A stretch of DNA of 59,760 bases, filler included. It is 3 parts of 3 records of this genome, joined end to end, with 100 filler letters (N's around TTAATTAATTAA, not from the genome) between each part and the next. Parts side by side here need not be neighbours in the genome. Positions count along the whole stretch, not along the records: positions 28,171 to 43,733 come from DRR378314_1987; 2 more parts are not named here. The stretch is one strand, 5' to 3'. The position numbers and the translations under genes are program-made. This document shows positions 30,717 through 40,594 of this stretch, one piece after another (within the stretch, counting starts at the first letter, position 1; every line of letters begins with the position of its first letter). The notes beneath the pieces are model-generated. The model was not told the origin of the DNA. It worked only from the letters and a program-made list of their open reading frames with translations, and did no database searches.

Positions 30717-31985
30717 TCAGCCCTGCAGCATCGCCATCAGCCGCGCCTTCTCGCCACTGTCCTCGGGGCGGGAGAGCGCCTCGGCCAGCGCCTCCAGCGA
30801 GGCAATGTTATGGCCGGCGCGAAAACTGTCCACATGCGGCAGCATAGCACGGATGCCCTGCGCACGGGGGGCAAACCCCTCCCAGCGCATCAGCGGGTTG
30901 AGCCAGATCAGGTGGCGGGCGGAGCGCTGCAGGCGCTGCATCTCGCGGCTCAGATCCTCCGGCGCGGCGCGGTCGAGCCCGTCGGTGACCAGCAGAACCA
31001 CAGCGCCCTGCCCCATCACCCGGCGCGACCAGTCGCGGTTGAAGCCATGCAGGCAGTCGCCGATGCGGGTGCCGCCCTCCCAGTCCTGCGCTTCCGCCCC
31101 GGCGGCGGCGAGGGCCGCATCCACGTCGCGCTGGCGCAGGTGACGGGTGATATTGGTGAGGCGGGTGCCGAAGGTGAAGCCATGCACATTGGCCCAGCCC
31201 TGAGTCTTGCGGCCCCCGCGCGCATTGGCGACAGCATGCAGGAACTGCAGCACCATGCGGCTGTACTGGCTCATCGACCCGGAGATGTCGCAGAGCACCA
31301 CCAGGTTCGGATATCGTGTCGCGGCGCGCGTCAGGGCGATCCGATGCAGCTCGCCACCGGTGCGGCAGGCGCCACGCATCGTGCGCCGCCAATCCGCCCG
31401 CGCGCCCAGCGGTGCCGGCAGATGGCGGCGCGTTTTCATCGGCTTGACCGGCAGGGTGAGGCGGGCCAGCATACGCTTGGCCTGTTCCAGTTCCGCGGTG
31501 CTCATCTGCTCGAAATCCAGCGTCTTCAGCCGTTCCTCTGCCGACAGCGTCAGGGAGGCGTCGATCTCGATCTCGGTGCCCTGCTCCTGCGTCTCCTCCG
31601 GCAGATCCTCGGGCAGCTGCCCCTGCAGCAGCGCCTCGGCGGCGCGTTTCTCGGCCGGATTGGCGGCGCGTTCCTGCTGCACGCCGCGGATCGCCGGCAG
31701 CATCGCGGCCATCATGTGTTCCAGATAGCGCGGGTCGCGCCAATAGAGCCGGAAGACCTGCGCAAACACCGCGCGCTCTTCGGGGCGCGATACAAAACAG
31801 GCATGCAGGCACCAGAAGAAATCCCGCCGCGAGGTGAACCCTGCCGCCGCCACCGCCTCTACCGCGCCCAACACCCGACCGGTGCCGACCTGCAGCCCCG
31901 CCTTGCGCAGGGCGCGGGCGAAATGGGTGAGATTGGCCACCAGCCTTGGGTGGTCCGGCAGGGTGAGCGGGGCATGCTCTGCCAT
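30717..31985 (-). CDS. coxE: CoxE-like VWA-domain protein
   Basis: MIDAS motif CDISGSMS, FTFGTRLTNIT, GGTRIG, IWLNPL. It sits next to a MoxR-type ATPase. Confidence 0.88.
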   Translation of the reverse strand: MAEHAPLTLPDHPRLVANLTHFARALRKAGLQVGTGRVLGAVEAVAAAGFTSRRDFFWCLHACFVSRPEERAVFAQVFRLYWRDPRYLEHMMAAMLPAIRGVQQERAANPAEKRAAEALLQGQLPEDLPEETQEQGTEIEIDASLTLSAEERLKTLDFEQMSTAELEQAKRMLARLTLPVKPMKTRRHLPAPLGARADWRRTMRGACRTGGELHRIALTRAATRYPNLVVLCDISGSMSQYSRMVLQFLHAVANARGGRKTQGWANVHGFTFGTRLTNITRHLRQRDVDAALAAAGAEAQDWEGGTRIGDCLHGFNRDWSRRVMGQGAVVLLVTDGLDRAAPEDLSREMQRLQRSARHLIWLNPLMRWEGFAPRAQGIRAMLPHVDSFRAGHNIASLEALAEALSRPEDSGEKARLMAMLQG

Positions 31986-31993
31986 CAGCACTC

Positions 31994-32040
31994 GCGGGGG
32001 CCTTGCCCCCGCACCCCCAAGGTATTTTCAAAAAGATGAA
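31994..32040 (-). repeat. Short intergenic repeat/hairpin element, copy 1
   Basis: The minus strand reads TTCATCTTTTTGAAAATACC, then a GC hairpin (GCGGGGGC-3 nt-GCCCCCGC). A related head occurs at 40520. Confidence 0.6.
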
Positions 32041-32048
32041 GGCGCATG

Positions 32049-32966
32049 TCAGCCCTCCGTCAGCGCGGCGCGGGCCTGGTCGAGCAGGCGCTTGGCCTCG
32101 GAGCCCTGGAGTTTTGCAATGTCGTCCTGATATTTCAGGATCGCGCCCAGCGTGTCGGCGATGACCTCGGGGCTGAGCGTCACCACGTCGAGCGCCAGCA
32201 GGCAGTTGGCCCAGTCGATGGTCTCTGCCACCCCCGGTTTCTTGAACAGATCTTCGGTGCGCAGGGCCTGCACAAAGGCCACCACTTCGCGGCTGAGGGT
32301 CTCGGCGGCCTGCGGAACGCGGGCGTGCAGGATTTCCAGTTCGCGGTCGAAGTCCGGATAGTCCACCCAGTGATAGAGGCAGCGCCGTTTCAGCGCGTCA
32401 TGCACCTCGCGGGTGCGGTTGGAGGTCAGGATCACCGTCGGCGGCTCTGGTGCCTTGATGGTGCCCAGCTCCGGGATGGTGACCTGAAAATCCGAGAGCG
32501 CCTCCAGCAGGAAGGCCTCGAAGGGTTCGTCGGTGCGGTCCAGCTCGTCGATCAGCAGGATCGGCGCGCCGCGCGCATCGGGCTGCATCGCCTGCAGCAG
32601 CGGGCGGGCGATCAGATATTCCTCGGAGAACAGCTCCGCCTGCAGCGCCTGACGGTCGGTGCTGCCAGTGGCCTCGGCAGTGCGGATCGCCACCATTTGT
32701 GCCGCGAAGTTCCACTCATAGACGGCGCTGGCGGCATCCAGCCCCTCGTAGCATTGCAGCCGGATCAGGGGGCGGCCGGTAACGGTGGCCAGAGCCTTGG
32801 CGATCTCGGTCTTGCCAACCCCGGCTTCGCCTTCCAGAAACAGTGGCCGGCCCAACCGCGCAGACAGGAACACCACCGTCGCCAGCGCCCGACCACAGAC
32901 ATAGCCCGCCTCGGCGAGCTGCGCCTGCACCGCGTCGATGGAGTGAAATCCGCCCTGCTCCGTCAT
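32049..32966 (-). CDS. coxD: CoxD/MoxR-family AAA+ ATPase
   Basis: Walker A GEAGVGKT, RLQCYEG, Walker B LLIDELD, TSNRTREVHDALKRRC. ATG at 32966 follows a GGAGGG RBS. Confidence 0.9.
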   Translation of the reverse strand: MTEQGGFHSIDAVQAQLAEAGYVCGRALATVVFLSARLGRPLFLEGEAGVGKTEIAKALATVTGRPLIRLQCYEGLDAASAVYEWNFAAQMVAIRTAEATGSTDRQALQAELFSEEYLIARPLLQAMQPDARGAPILLIDELDRTDEPFEAFLLEALSDFQVTIPELGTIKAPEPPTVILTSNRTREVHDALKRRCLYHWVDYPDFDRELEILHARVPQAAETLSREVVAFVQALRTEDLFKKPGVAETIDWANCLLALDVVTLSPEVIADTLGAILKYQDDIAKLQGSEAKRLLDQARAALTEG

Positions 32967-33153
32967 GTCGCCCCTCCCGTTGCTTGCGACCAAGAGGCCA
33001 TGGCGGCGGCGGCGCGTCAAGCGGAGGGGCTGCAACAGATCGTCAGTTCCCCGTCGCCGGAGATTGACGACACGCGCCGGCGGGTGCAACAAGTCAGACG
33101 CGTCGGAAGATCCGGGCACGCGGGCGGCGTGAACGAGGGGAAGGAACAGCGAC

Positions 33154-34182
33154 ATGCGCATCACTGCGGTGACCTGCGTCAAGAATGAAGGCCCGTTCCT
33201 GTTGGAATGGATCGCCTACAACCGCCTGATCGGCGTGACGGATTTCCTGTTTTATTCCAACGATTGCACCGACGGTACCGATGCGCTGCTGGACGCGCTG
33301 GCCGCGCGCGACGGTGTCACCCATCTGCCCAACCCGGCACAGGGGCGCGCCTATCAGATGGAGGCGCTTAAGGACTGCGCCCACCGCCCGGTGGTTCGGA
33401 ACGCCGACTGGCTGTGGATCGCGGATGTGGATGAGTTCCTGAACATCCATGTGGGCGATCACAGCATCCCGGCGCTGATCGACGCTTGCGACGATCCGCA
33501 GGCCATATCGCTCAGCTTCCAGTTCTTTGCCAGCGGCGGCATCGAGGCCTTTGAGGACCGTCCGGTGATCGAACAGTTCACCCGCTGCCACAATCCCGAC
33601 ATCTGGTGTGGCGAGACGGCGATCGAGGTCAAAACCCTGACCCGCAAGGACTTTCCGCTCGGGTACTACGGCGCGCATCGCCCGTTTCTGAAGAAGAACA
33701 CCGCCGCAGATGCCCGCCCGCGCTGGTGTGATGGCGGTGGGCGGCAGGTGCAGCACCGGTTTCTGGTCGCCGCCAACCCGCGGCGCATCCGCAAATTCCC
33801 GGCCAAGGGCGCGCGCGCACTGGCAACACTCAACCATTACGCGCTGCGCTCGCTCGACAGCTATCTGGTCAAGAACGACAGAGGCGATGTGAACCGCGAG
33901 AACCGCGCCTTTGACGACACCTATTGGCGTGAGCGCAATGATCCCGTCTGGGAGGACCGCTCGATCCTGCGCATGCTGCCCACGCTACACACCGCGCTGG
34001 ATGAGATGAAAGCCGACCCCGAGATCGCACGGCTGCATGCGAGCTGCGTCGCACGGCACGTGGCGCGACGCAATGAGTTGCTGACCCAGCCCTCCTATCA
34101 GGCCATGCGGGCGCAGCTGCAACGCGCCTCTGTGCTGCCGCCGCAGGAAGAGGACATGCTGACACGGTTGGGGCTGCTGTAA
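33154..34182 (+). CDS. GT2-type (GT-A fold) glycosyltransferase, paralog 1
   Basis: KNEGPFLLEWIAY, SNDCTDGT, DVDEF (DxD), HRP, LNHYALRS. Confidence 0.85.
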   Translation: MRITAVTCVKNEGPFLLEWIAYNRLIGVTDFLFYSNDCTDGTDALLDALAARDGVTHLPNPAQGRAYQMEALKDCAHRPVVRNADWLWIADVDEFLNIHVGDHSIPALIDACDDPQAISLSFQFFASGGIEAFEDRPVIEQFTRCHNPDIWCGETAIEVKTLTRKDFPLGYYGAHRPFLKKNTAADARPRWCDGGGRQVQHRFLVAANPRRIRKFPAKGARALATLNHYALRSLDSYLVKNDRGDVNRENRAFDDTYWRERNDPVWEDRSILRMLPTLHTALDEMKADPEIARLHASCVARHVARRNELLTQPSYQAMRAQLQRASVLPPQEEDMLTRLGLL

Positions 34183-34850
34183 TGGCCGTGAGCATCATCA
34201 ACCTCGGCCTGCCCAAATCCGGCACCACCACGCTGAAACACGCGCTGGACCGGGCCGGATATACCGTGGCCGATCACCGCATCAAGGCGCGCGAGACCCC
34301 GGATGACCCCGCGGACCGGGTCTTTGTCGGGGCGCTGATGTATGAGGGGCTGTATAAATACGGCGACCCGCTGGCCCTGCTGAAAGACTATGATGCGCTG
34401 ACAGAAGTGAGCTTTATCTACGGTGGCACCTCGGTCTGGCCGCAATGTGACCATGCCATGTTGCTGGCGCTGCGCAAACTGCACCCCAAGCTGTGTTTCA
34501 TCGCCACCCGGCGCGCCACCGAGGAGTTGGCGCGGTCCATCATGCGCTGGAACAACCTTGGCAAACTGCGCATTCCGTTGTCGACGGTTCCGGGCCTGCC
34601 CGTGGGCTATGGCCATGAGGTCGACGAGCAAATGATCTGGATCGATGGCCATTACGAGGCGCTGACCCATTGGTTCCGCACGGACCCGCTGTATCTGGAG
34701 CTTGATGTGGCGGCGCCGGATGCGCGATCTAAGCTGGAACGATTTCTGGGCTGCGACCTGCCGTGGTGGGGGCAGTCCAACATCAATCCCGAAGACAGTG
34801 ACACGCCGGAGACGGGTGCGAAACCGGCAGAACAGAAAGACGCGGAGTGA
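34182..34850 (+). CDS. PAPS-dependent sulfotransferase family protein
   Basis: 5'-PSB loop IINLGLPKSGTTTL. Its start overlaps the upstream stop (TAATG). Confidence 0.75.
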   Translation: MAVSIINLGLPKSGTTTLKHALDRAGYTVADHRIKARETPDDPADRVFVGALMYEGLYKYGDPLALLKDYDALTEVSFIYGGTSVWPQCDHAMLLALRKLHPKLCFIATRRATEELARSIMRWNNLGKLRIPLSTVPGLPVGYGHEVDEQMIWIDGHYEALTHWFRTDPLYLELDVAAPDARSKLERFLGCDLPWWGQSNINPEDSDTPETGAKPAEQKDAE

Positions 34851-37213
34851 TGCGGATCTACTTGCATATCGGTGTTCACAGAGCGGCCAGTGAACGGTTG
34901 CAGGCCGTTCTGGCCGACAAGCGCGACCTCTTGATAAGCCGGGGCGTGATGGTGCCACGTGCTGCAGGCCCAAAGAACCACACCCGCCTTTTCATGGCCG
35001 TCACCGATCCGGATCACGTGGATCCCCTGCGCTACAACCGGGGCTTTATCGGGGCGGCCAAACAGGCCGAGCTGCGCGAGGGGCTGATGGAGACCCTGCG
35101 CGCGGATGTGGCCAAACACAGCCCGCATACGCTGATCCTGAGTGCCTATCAGCTTGGCACGCAGCTGTCGCGCCCGAGCGAGCTGGCGCGGTTGAAGGCG
35201 TTGCTCGCGCCGCTGTCGGACGACATTCGCATCGTTGCGCATCTGGAGGCACAGGCGCGCCTGTTGCCCGAAGTGTTTGCCGAGCAGGTTCAGGAGGGCC
35301 GCGCAAGCGGTCTGGCGCGCGAAGTGGAACTGACGCGGGAAGACAGCTGGTGGGCGGCGGCACAGGACACGCTGCCGCCGGTGGACCCGCAGGCCGGCCA
35401 GTTCGAGGAAACCCAGGGCGCCCCCTACTGGCTGGATTATCAGGCGTTGCAGACGGTCTGGGAAGAGGTCTTTGGCCCCGGTTCCGTGGCCTTTCGCAGC
35501 TATGACGCGGCGCTGTTCGACAGTGCCGAGGTGACGGACGAGATCTGCGCCGCCTTTGACATCGAAGGGCAGATTGGCCGTGCTGCGCCGGCGAAACCAT
35601 CGCCGCCGGCCTCTGCCGCCTGGCTGACGCGCGGGCGCCAGTTCAACGCGCTGCTGCTGAAACTGCTGGCGCAGGGCAATCACATCCTGCCGCGCAAGCT
35701 GTGGCGGCAGATGATCCAGGACCTGCATGTGGACGGCCCGCCCATCGATCCCGCGCGACTGGGCGCAGTGACGCGTTTTTTTGCGGCGGACAATGCGCGG
35801 CTCTGCACCGCCCATCCGGACCTGTCGCCAGAGGTGTTCGAGGTCGCCGCCTCGACCGAGGATTGGGCGGAGGCCGACCCGCAGATGGGGTTTCGCGCCT
35901 CGCAATACCTGCTGGCCTTCCTGCACCGGATCGAGAAGGCGACAGCGGAGGAACGCGCCGCACGCGAGGGTGATCTTCTGGCGCACCAGAGCGCTCGCGC
36001 GGCGCAGGACAGCGCAGCGGGTGCCGCACCCTCGGCCAAGGCGCGCCGGTTGTTGCCCCCACTGGCACTGAAGAACTTCGCGATGTTGCAGGGCTCTTCG
36101 TTCAAGCCGCATGATCGCCTTGGCCAGGTGGACGAAACGGCGCAAATGCCCCCCTATACGGAGGTGGCCCCGCGCAAACTCCCCAAAGGGCAGAGCGGCA
36201 ATGTCATCGTTGGCTGCATGAAGAATGAGGCGCCCTATATCCTCGAATGGGTGGCCTATCACCGCATGATTGGGGTGGACCATTTCCTGATCTACACCAA
36301 TGGCTGCAGCGACGGCACCTCGGAGCTGCTGGACCGCCTGCAGGCGCTTGGCATCCTGCAGCACCGCAACAATGACAACTGGAAGGGCAACTCCCCTCAG
36401 CAATATGCGCTCAATCAATCGCTGAAAGAGCCGGTCATCAAACAGGCGGACTGGGTGATTCATATCGATGTAGATGAGTTCATGAACGTGCGCTGCGGCA
36501 ATGGCACATTGGCGGATTTCTTCGACCATGTGCCGGATGCCACCAATGTCGCGATGACATGGCGATTGTTTGGCCACAACGGCGTCACCACCCTCAATGA
36601 TCGTCCGGTGATCGCGCAGTTCGATCATTGCGCGCCGAAGTTCTGCCCCAAGCCGCATACAGTCTGGGGCTTCAAGACCATGTTCAAACCCATTGGCGCC
36701 TATAAGAAAATCTCCTGTCACCGGCCCAACAAGCTGGAAGAGGATAAGCGCGCGCAGGTAAAATGGGTCAATGGCTCCGGTCAGGACATGACGCAGGAGG
36801 TGGCGGACAACGGCTGGCGCAGCTCGAAGAAATCCATCGGTTATGACCTGCTGCAGCTGAACCACTATGCGCTGCGCTCGGCCGAGAGTTTCCTGGTCAA
36901 ACGCCAGCGCGGCCGGGCGCTGCATGTGGATCGCTCGATCGGGCTCAACTACTGGATCCGCATGGACTGGAACGACCATCGCGACATCACCATTCAGCGC
37001 AACCTGCCGAGGATGCAGGCGGAACTGGCGCGGCTGCAGGAGGACAAGACCCTGCGTGATCTGCATGAGGCCGGGTTGGCTTGGCACCGCGCAAAAGCCG
37101 CAGATCTGCATCAGGTGCCGGAGTTCGAAGAGCTTTATCGTCAGGCACTGCAGATCGACATCACCGCAACCGAACGCGTGGCCTGGGCGCTCTCGCTGGA
37201 CCTGGAGAGCTGA
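34850..37213 (+). CDS. Fusion protein: N-terminal degenerate sulfotransferase-like domain + C-terminal GT2-type glycosyltransferase
   Basis: N-terminal IYLHIGVHRAASERLQ resembles LHIGxxKTGTTxxQ. C-terminal MKNEAPYILEWVAYH, TNGCSDGT, DVDEF, CHRP, LNHYALRS. TGATG coupling on both sides. Confidence 0.8.
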   Translation: MRIYLHIGVHRAASERLQAVLADKRDLLISRGVMVPRAAGPKNHTRLFMAVTDPDHVDPLRYNRGFIGAAKQAELREGLMETLRADVAKHSPHTLILSAYQLGTQLSRPSELARLKALLAPLSDDIRIVAHLEAQARLLPEVFAEQVQEGRASGLAREVELTREDSWWAAAQDTLPPVDPQAGQFEETQGAPYWLDYQALQTVWEEVFGPGSVAFRSYDAALFDSAEVTDEICAAFDIEGQIGRAAPAKPSPPASAAWLTRGRQFNALLLKLLAQGNHILPRKLWRQMIQDLHVDGPPIDPARLGAVTRFFAADNARLCTAHPDLSPEVFEVAASTEDWAEADPQMGFRASQYLLAFLHRIEKATAEERAAREGDLLAHQSARAAQDSAAGAAPSAKARRLLPPLALKNFAMLQGSSFKPHDRLGQVDETAQMPPYTEVAPRKLPKGQSGNVIVGCMKNEAPYILEWVAYHRMIGVDHFLIYTNGCSDGTSELLDRLQALGILQHRNNDNWKGNSPQQYALNQSLKEPVIKQADWVIHIDVDEFMNVRCGNGTLADFFDHVPDATNVAMTWRLFGHNGVTTLNDRPVIAQFDHCAPKFCPKPHTVWGFKTMFKPIGAYKKISCHRPNKLEEDKRAQVKWVNGSGQDMTQEVADNGWRSSKKSIGYDLLQLNHYALRSAESFLVKRQRGRALHVDRSIGLNYWIRMDWNDHRDITIQRNLPRMQAELARLQEDKTLRDLHEAGLAWHRAKAADLHQVPEFEELYRQALQIDITATERVAWALSLDLES

Positions 37214-38313
37214 TGATGCGCACGCTGGCTGTTTTGACCGTCCGCAACGAGGCCGCCTATCTGCTGGAATGGCTGGCGCATCACAAGGCGGTGGGGTTTA
37301 CGGACTTCCTCGTCTTATCCAACGATTGCGACGATCAGACCGTGGCGATGCTAGATCGGCTGGACGAGCTGGGCCACCTCGCGCATGTGGAAAACACCGG
37401 CCCCTTTGACAAGGGCGGTATCCAATTCACCGCCATGAAACGTGCCGACAAGCACCGGCTGACCAAACGTGCCGACTGGATCATGGCGCTGGATATCGAC
37501 GAGTTCGTCAACATCCACGCGGGCAAGGGCCAGATCAGCGATCTGTTGGAGGCGCTGCCGCAGGCCGACGCGATCACGCTCACCTGGCGGCTGTTCGGCA
37601 ATGCGGATCAAGTCCGCTATCAGGGCGAGCGCGTCACCGACCGTTTCACCCGCGCCGCCCCTGCGGTGATGCACTGGCCGTGGCGCGCGTCGATGTTCAA
37701 GACCCTGTTTCGCAACTCGGGCGTCTACCGCAAGATCGGCATCCATCGCCCCCGCAGTGTAAAGGACGACGACGCGCTGGACCACTATCGCTGGTTCGAC
37801 TGCGTCGGACGGGAGTTGATGGGGGATTTCAAAACCAAACGGGTGTTTTCCAACTACGGGCAGGACAATTACCGGCTGGCGCAGCTCAACCACTATCCGC
37901 TTGGCGCGATGGAGAGCTATGTGCTCAAGGCGGATCGCGGTCGCGCGGTCCACTCGGATGATATGCTGGATATCGACTACTGGGTGGAACGCAACTTCAA
38001 TACCGAAGAAGACACCTCGATCAGCCGATACCGCCCGGCCCGCGACGCCATCCTGGAGATGTTCCTGAAGGACGCGACGCTGACAAAGCTGCATGACCGC
38101 GCGGTGCAATGGCGCAAGGACCGCTTTATGGAGCTGATGCGCGCGGAACCCTATCGCGCCCTGTTTGGACGCTTGATGATGACGCCGCAGTCGCGCCCCA
38201 TCAACCAGGTCACGGGACGCACGCTGGCAGGGTTTGCCATGTTGGGACGACGCGCAGCACAGGCGGGCGGCAGCAATGACAGCGGAAAATCTCCCCCCAA
38301 GGACGACAGCTGA
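37213..38313 (+). CDS. GT2-type glycosyltransferase, paralog 3
   Basis: VRNEAAYLLEWLAHH, SNDCDD, DIDEF, IHRP, LNHY. Start taken at the TGATG overlap. Confidence 0.85.
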   Translation: MMRTLAVLTVRNEAAYLLEWLAHHKAVGFTDFLVLSNDCDDQTVAMLDRLDELGHLAHVENTGPFDKGGIQFTAMKRADKHRLTKRADWIMALDIDEFVNIHAGKGQISDLLEALPQADAITLTWRLFGNADQVRYQGERVTDRFTRAAPAVMHWPWRASMFKTLFRNSGVYRKIGIHRPRSVKDDDALDHYRWFDCVGRELMGDFKTKRVFSNYGQDNYRLAQLNHYPLGAMESYVLKADRGRAVHSDDMLDIDYWVERNFNTEEDTSISRYRPARDAILEMFLKDATLTKLHDRAVQWRKDRFMELMRAEPYRALFGRLMMTPQSRPINQVTGRTLAGFAMLGRRAAQAGGSNDSGKSPPKDDS

Positions 38314-38439
38314 CCATCAGTTATCCCCAATGCGGCAACAATCGCCGACAATTGGGCCAAGCTTTTTCTAAATTTAGCCTCAATCTGCGCCTACTTCTGT
38401 CGGTGAACAAAGCCGACAAACGGGTGGCAGGTGGCGCGT

Positions 38440-39435
38440 ATGCAAGACGACACAGATATCCTCGAGCAAGACCTCTCCGGGTTGAAGCCCGCCGAATGGC
38501 AGGCGCGTCTGGCGGAGATGGCCGAGGAAAACGGCATGTATCAGCCGCTTGGGGATCGCCATTTTGCCACGTTCATTGATCAGGGCAACACCTTGCTGGT
38601 GACGTTCGAGAGCCGTCAGGGCATCGAGAGTTTCTCCGAGACTGCGCAGCCGCTTGGTTTTGATCTGGTCAAGAATCTGGGCTGGTCGCATCTGTGCCTG
38701 ATATCCGATGGTGACACCTGGTTCCGCGAAGCCCGCATCTATGGCTTCTTCGATCAATTGATCGACGATGGCTTCTTTGAAGAATTCGACAATGTGGTCT
38801 TCTACGGCGCGGGCCCTTGTGGCTACGCAGCGGCGGCGTTTTCCGTTGCCGCCCCCGGTGCCACGGTGGTGGCCATTCAGCCGCAGGCCACGCTGGACCC
38901 GCGTATGACCGAATGGGACGACCGCTTTGTCGAGATGCGTCGCACCTCCTTCACGGACCGTTACGGCTATGCCCCGGATATGCTGGATGCCGCCGATCAG
39001 GCCTTTGTGCTCTTTGACCCCTATCAGTCACTGGACGCGATGCATGCCGCATTGTTTGCCCGTCCCAACGTGACCCGCCTGCGCATGCCCTGCATGGGCG
39101 ATGCGATCCAGACCCGGCTGATCGAGATGGAGATCCTCTATCGGATCATGTCCCTGGCGGGCAGCGGACGTCTGACGGCCCAGTCCTTCCACCGGCTGGC
39201 ACGCGCGCGGCGCGACAATAATGTCTATCTGCGCAATGTGCTGAACCGGCTCGACTACCTCGAACGCCCCTATCTGAACGTGCTTCTGTGTCGAAACGTC
39301 AATGATCGCCGCCGAATGCCGCGCTTTCGCCGCCGCCTGCGCGATCTGGAACGCCGCGGCGCGGAGGGCGAGTTCCGCCTGCCCCCCGGCACGGTACTGC
39401 CTCAGGACAAGTCCCAGACCGACAGCGGGCATTAA
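38440..39435 (+). CDS. Hypothetical protein, alpha/beta-hydrolase-like with degenerate nucleophile elbow
   Basis: 331-aa ORF with LLVTFE, VVFYGAGPCGYAAAAFS (G-x-S-x-G-like elbow without Ser) and AIQPQATL. Confidence 0.6.
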   Translation: MQDDTDILEQDLSGLKPAEWQARLAEMAEENGMYQPLGDRHFATFIDQGNTLLVTFESRQGIESFSETAQPLGFDLVKNLGWSHLCLISDGDTWFREARIYGFFDQLIDDGFFEEFDNVVFYGAGPCGYAAAAFSVAAPGATVVAIQPQATLDPRMTEWDDRFVEMRRTSFTDRYGYAPDMLDAADQAFVLFDPYQSLDAMHAALFARPNVTRLRMPCMGDAIQTRLIEMEILYRIMSLAGSGRLTAQSFHRLARARRDNNVYLRNVLNRLDYLERPYLNVLLCRNVNDRRRMPRFRRRLRDLERRGAEGEFRLPPGTVLPQDKSQTDSGH

Positions 39436-39477
39436 CCCGCCTTCCCAAGCTCATGGCGCTGTGCTAACGCCTGCGCC

Positions 39478-40518
39478 ATGACCCAGAGCCTGACGATCAC
39501 CCGCCCCGACGACTGGCACTTGCACCTGCGCGATGGCGACATGCTGCGCGCGGTGCTGCCGGAAACAGCCCGCCATTTTGGCCGCGCCATCATCATGCCC
39601 AACCTCGTGCCGCCGGTTGTCACCGGCGCGCAGGCCGCCGCCTACCGCGACCGTATCCTCGCGGCATTGCCCGAAGGCATGACGTTTGAGCCCCTGATGA
39701 CGCTCTACCTCACCGAGGACACCGACCCGCAGGAAGTGGCCGCCGCCCATGCTTCCGGTCTGGTCAAGGCCGTGAAGCTCTACCCGGCCGGGGCCACCAC
39801 CAACTCTGCCTCCGGTGTCACCGATTTCGACAAGGTGCGCCCGGTGCTGGAGAAGATGGCAGAAATCGGCCTGCCGCTTTGCACCCATGGTGAGGTCACC
39901 GATCCCGACATCGACATCTTTGACCGTGAGGCGGTGTTCATCGACCGGGTTCTGGACCCGGTCCGCCGCGCCACCCCGGGCCTGCGCGTGGTGATGGAGC
40001 ATATCACCACCAAGAATGCCGTTGATTACGTCCACTCGCAGGAGACGGACCTTGGCGCGACGATCACCACGCATCACCTGATCATCAACCGCAACCATAT
40101 CCTGGTGGGCGGGATCAAGCCGCATTACTACTGCCTGCCCGTCGCCAAGCGCGAAGAGCACCGCGTCGCCCTGCGCCAGGCCGCCACCTCCGGCGATGCA
40201 CGGTTCTTCCTGGGCACCGACTCGGCGCCGCACACGGATGCCAATAAGCTGCAGACCTGCGGCTGCGCGGGCTGTTTCACCGCCACCAACACCATGGCGC
40301 TGCTGGCCCATGTGTTCGAAGAAGACGGCGCGCTGGAGCAGCTCGAAGGGTTTGCCTCAAAGAATGGCCCCGCTTTCTATCGCCTGCCGGAAAACGACAG
40401 CCAGATCACCCTGATGAAACAGGACGCCCCCGTCGCTTTCCCGGAACAGATCGACACGCCGGACGGCCCGGTCACCGTCTTTGATCCCGGCTTTGCGGTG
40501 CATTGGACCGTCGCCTGA
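39478..40518 (+). CDS. pyrC: Dihydroorotase (homodimeric type)
   Basis: [48 protein letters not shown]. Confidence 0.97.
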   Translation: MTQSLTITRPDDWHLHLRDGDMLRAVLPETARHFGRAIIMPNLVPPVVTGAQAAAYRDRILAALPEGMTFEPLMTLYLTEDTDPQEVAAAHASGLVKAVKLYPAGATTNSASGVTDFDKVRPVLEKMAEIGLPLCTHGEVTDPDIDIFDREAVFIDRVLDPVRRATPGLRVVMEHITTKNAVDYVHSQETDLGATITTHHLIINRNHILVGGIKPHYYCLPVAKREEHRVALRQAATSGDARFFLGTDSAPHTDANKLQTCGCAGCFTATNTMALLAHVFEEDGALEQLEGFASKNGPAFYRLPENDSQITLMKQDAPVAFPEQIDTPDGPVTVFDPGFAVHWTVA

Positions 40519-40519
40519 T

Positions 40520-40552
40520 TTCATCTTCTTGATAAATATCCCCGCCGGAGGC
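40520..40552 (+). repeat. Short intergenic repeat element, copy 2
   Basis: TTCATCTTCTTGATAAATATCCCCGCCGGAGGC directly after the pyrC stop. Its head aligns with the copy at 32040-32021. Confidence 0.55.
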
Positions 40553-40594
40553 TACGGCCCGCGCCTCTGGCACTCTGCTCTCGAAGGATACGCC

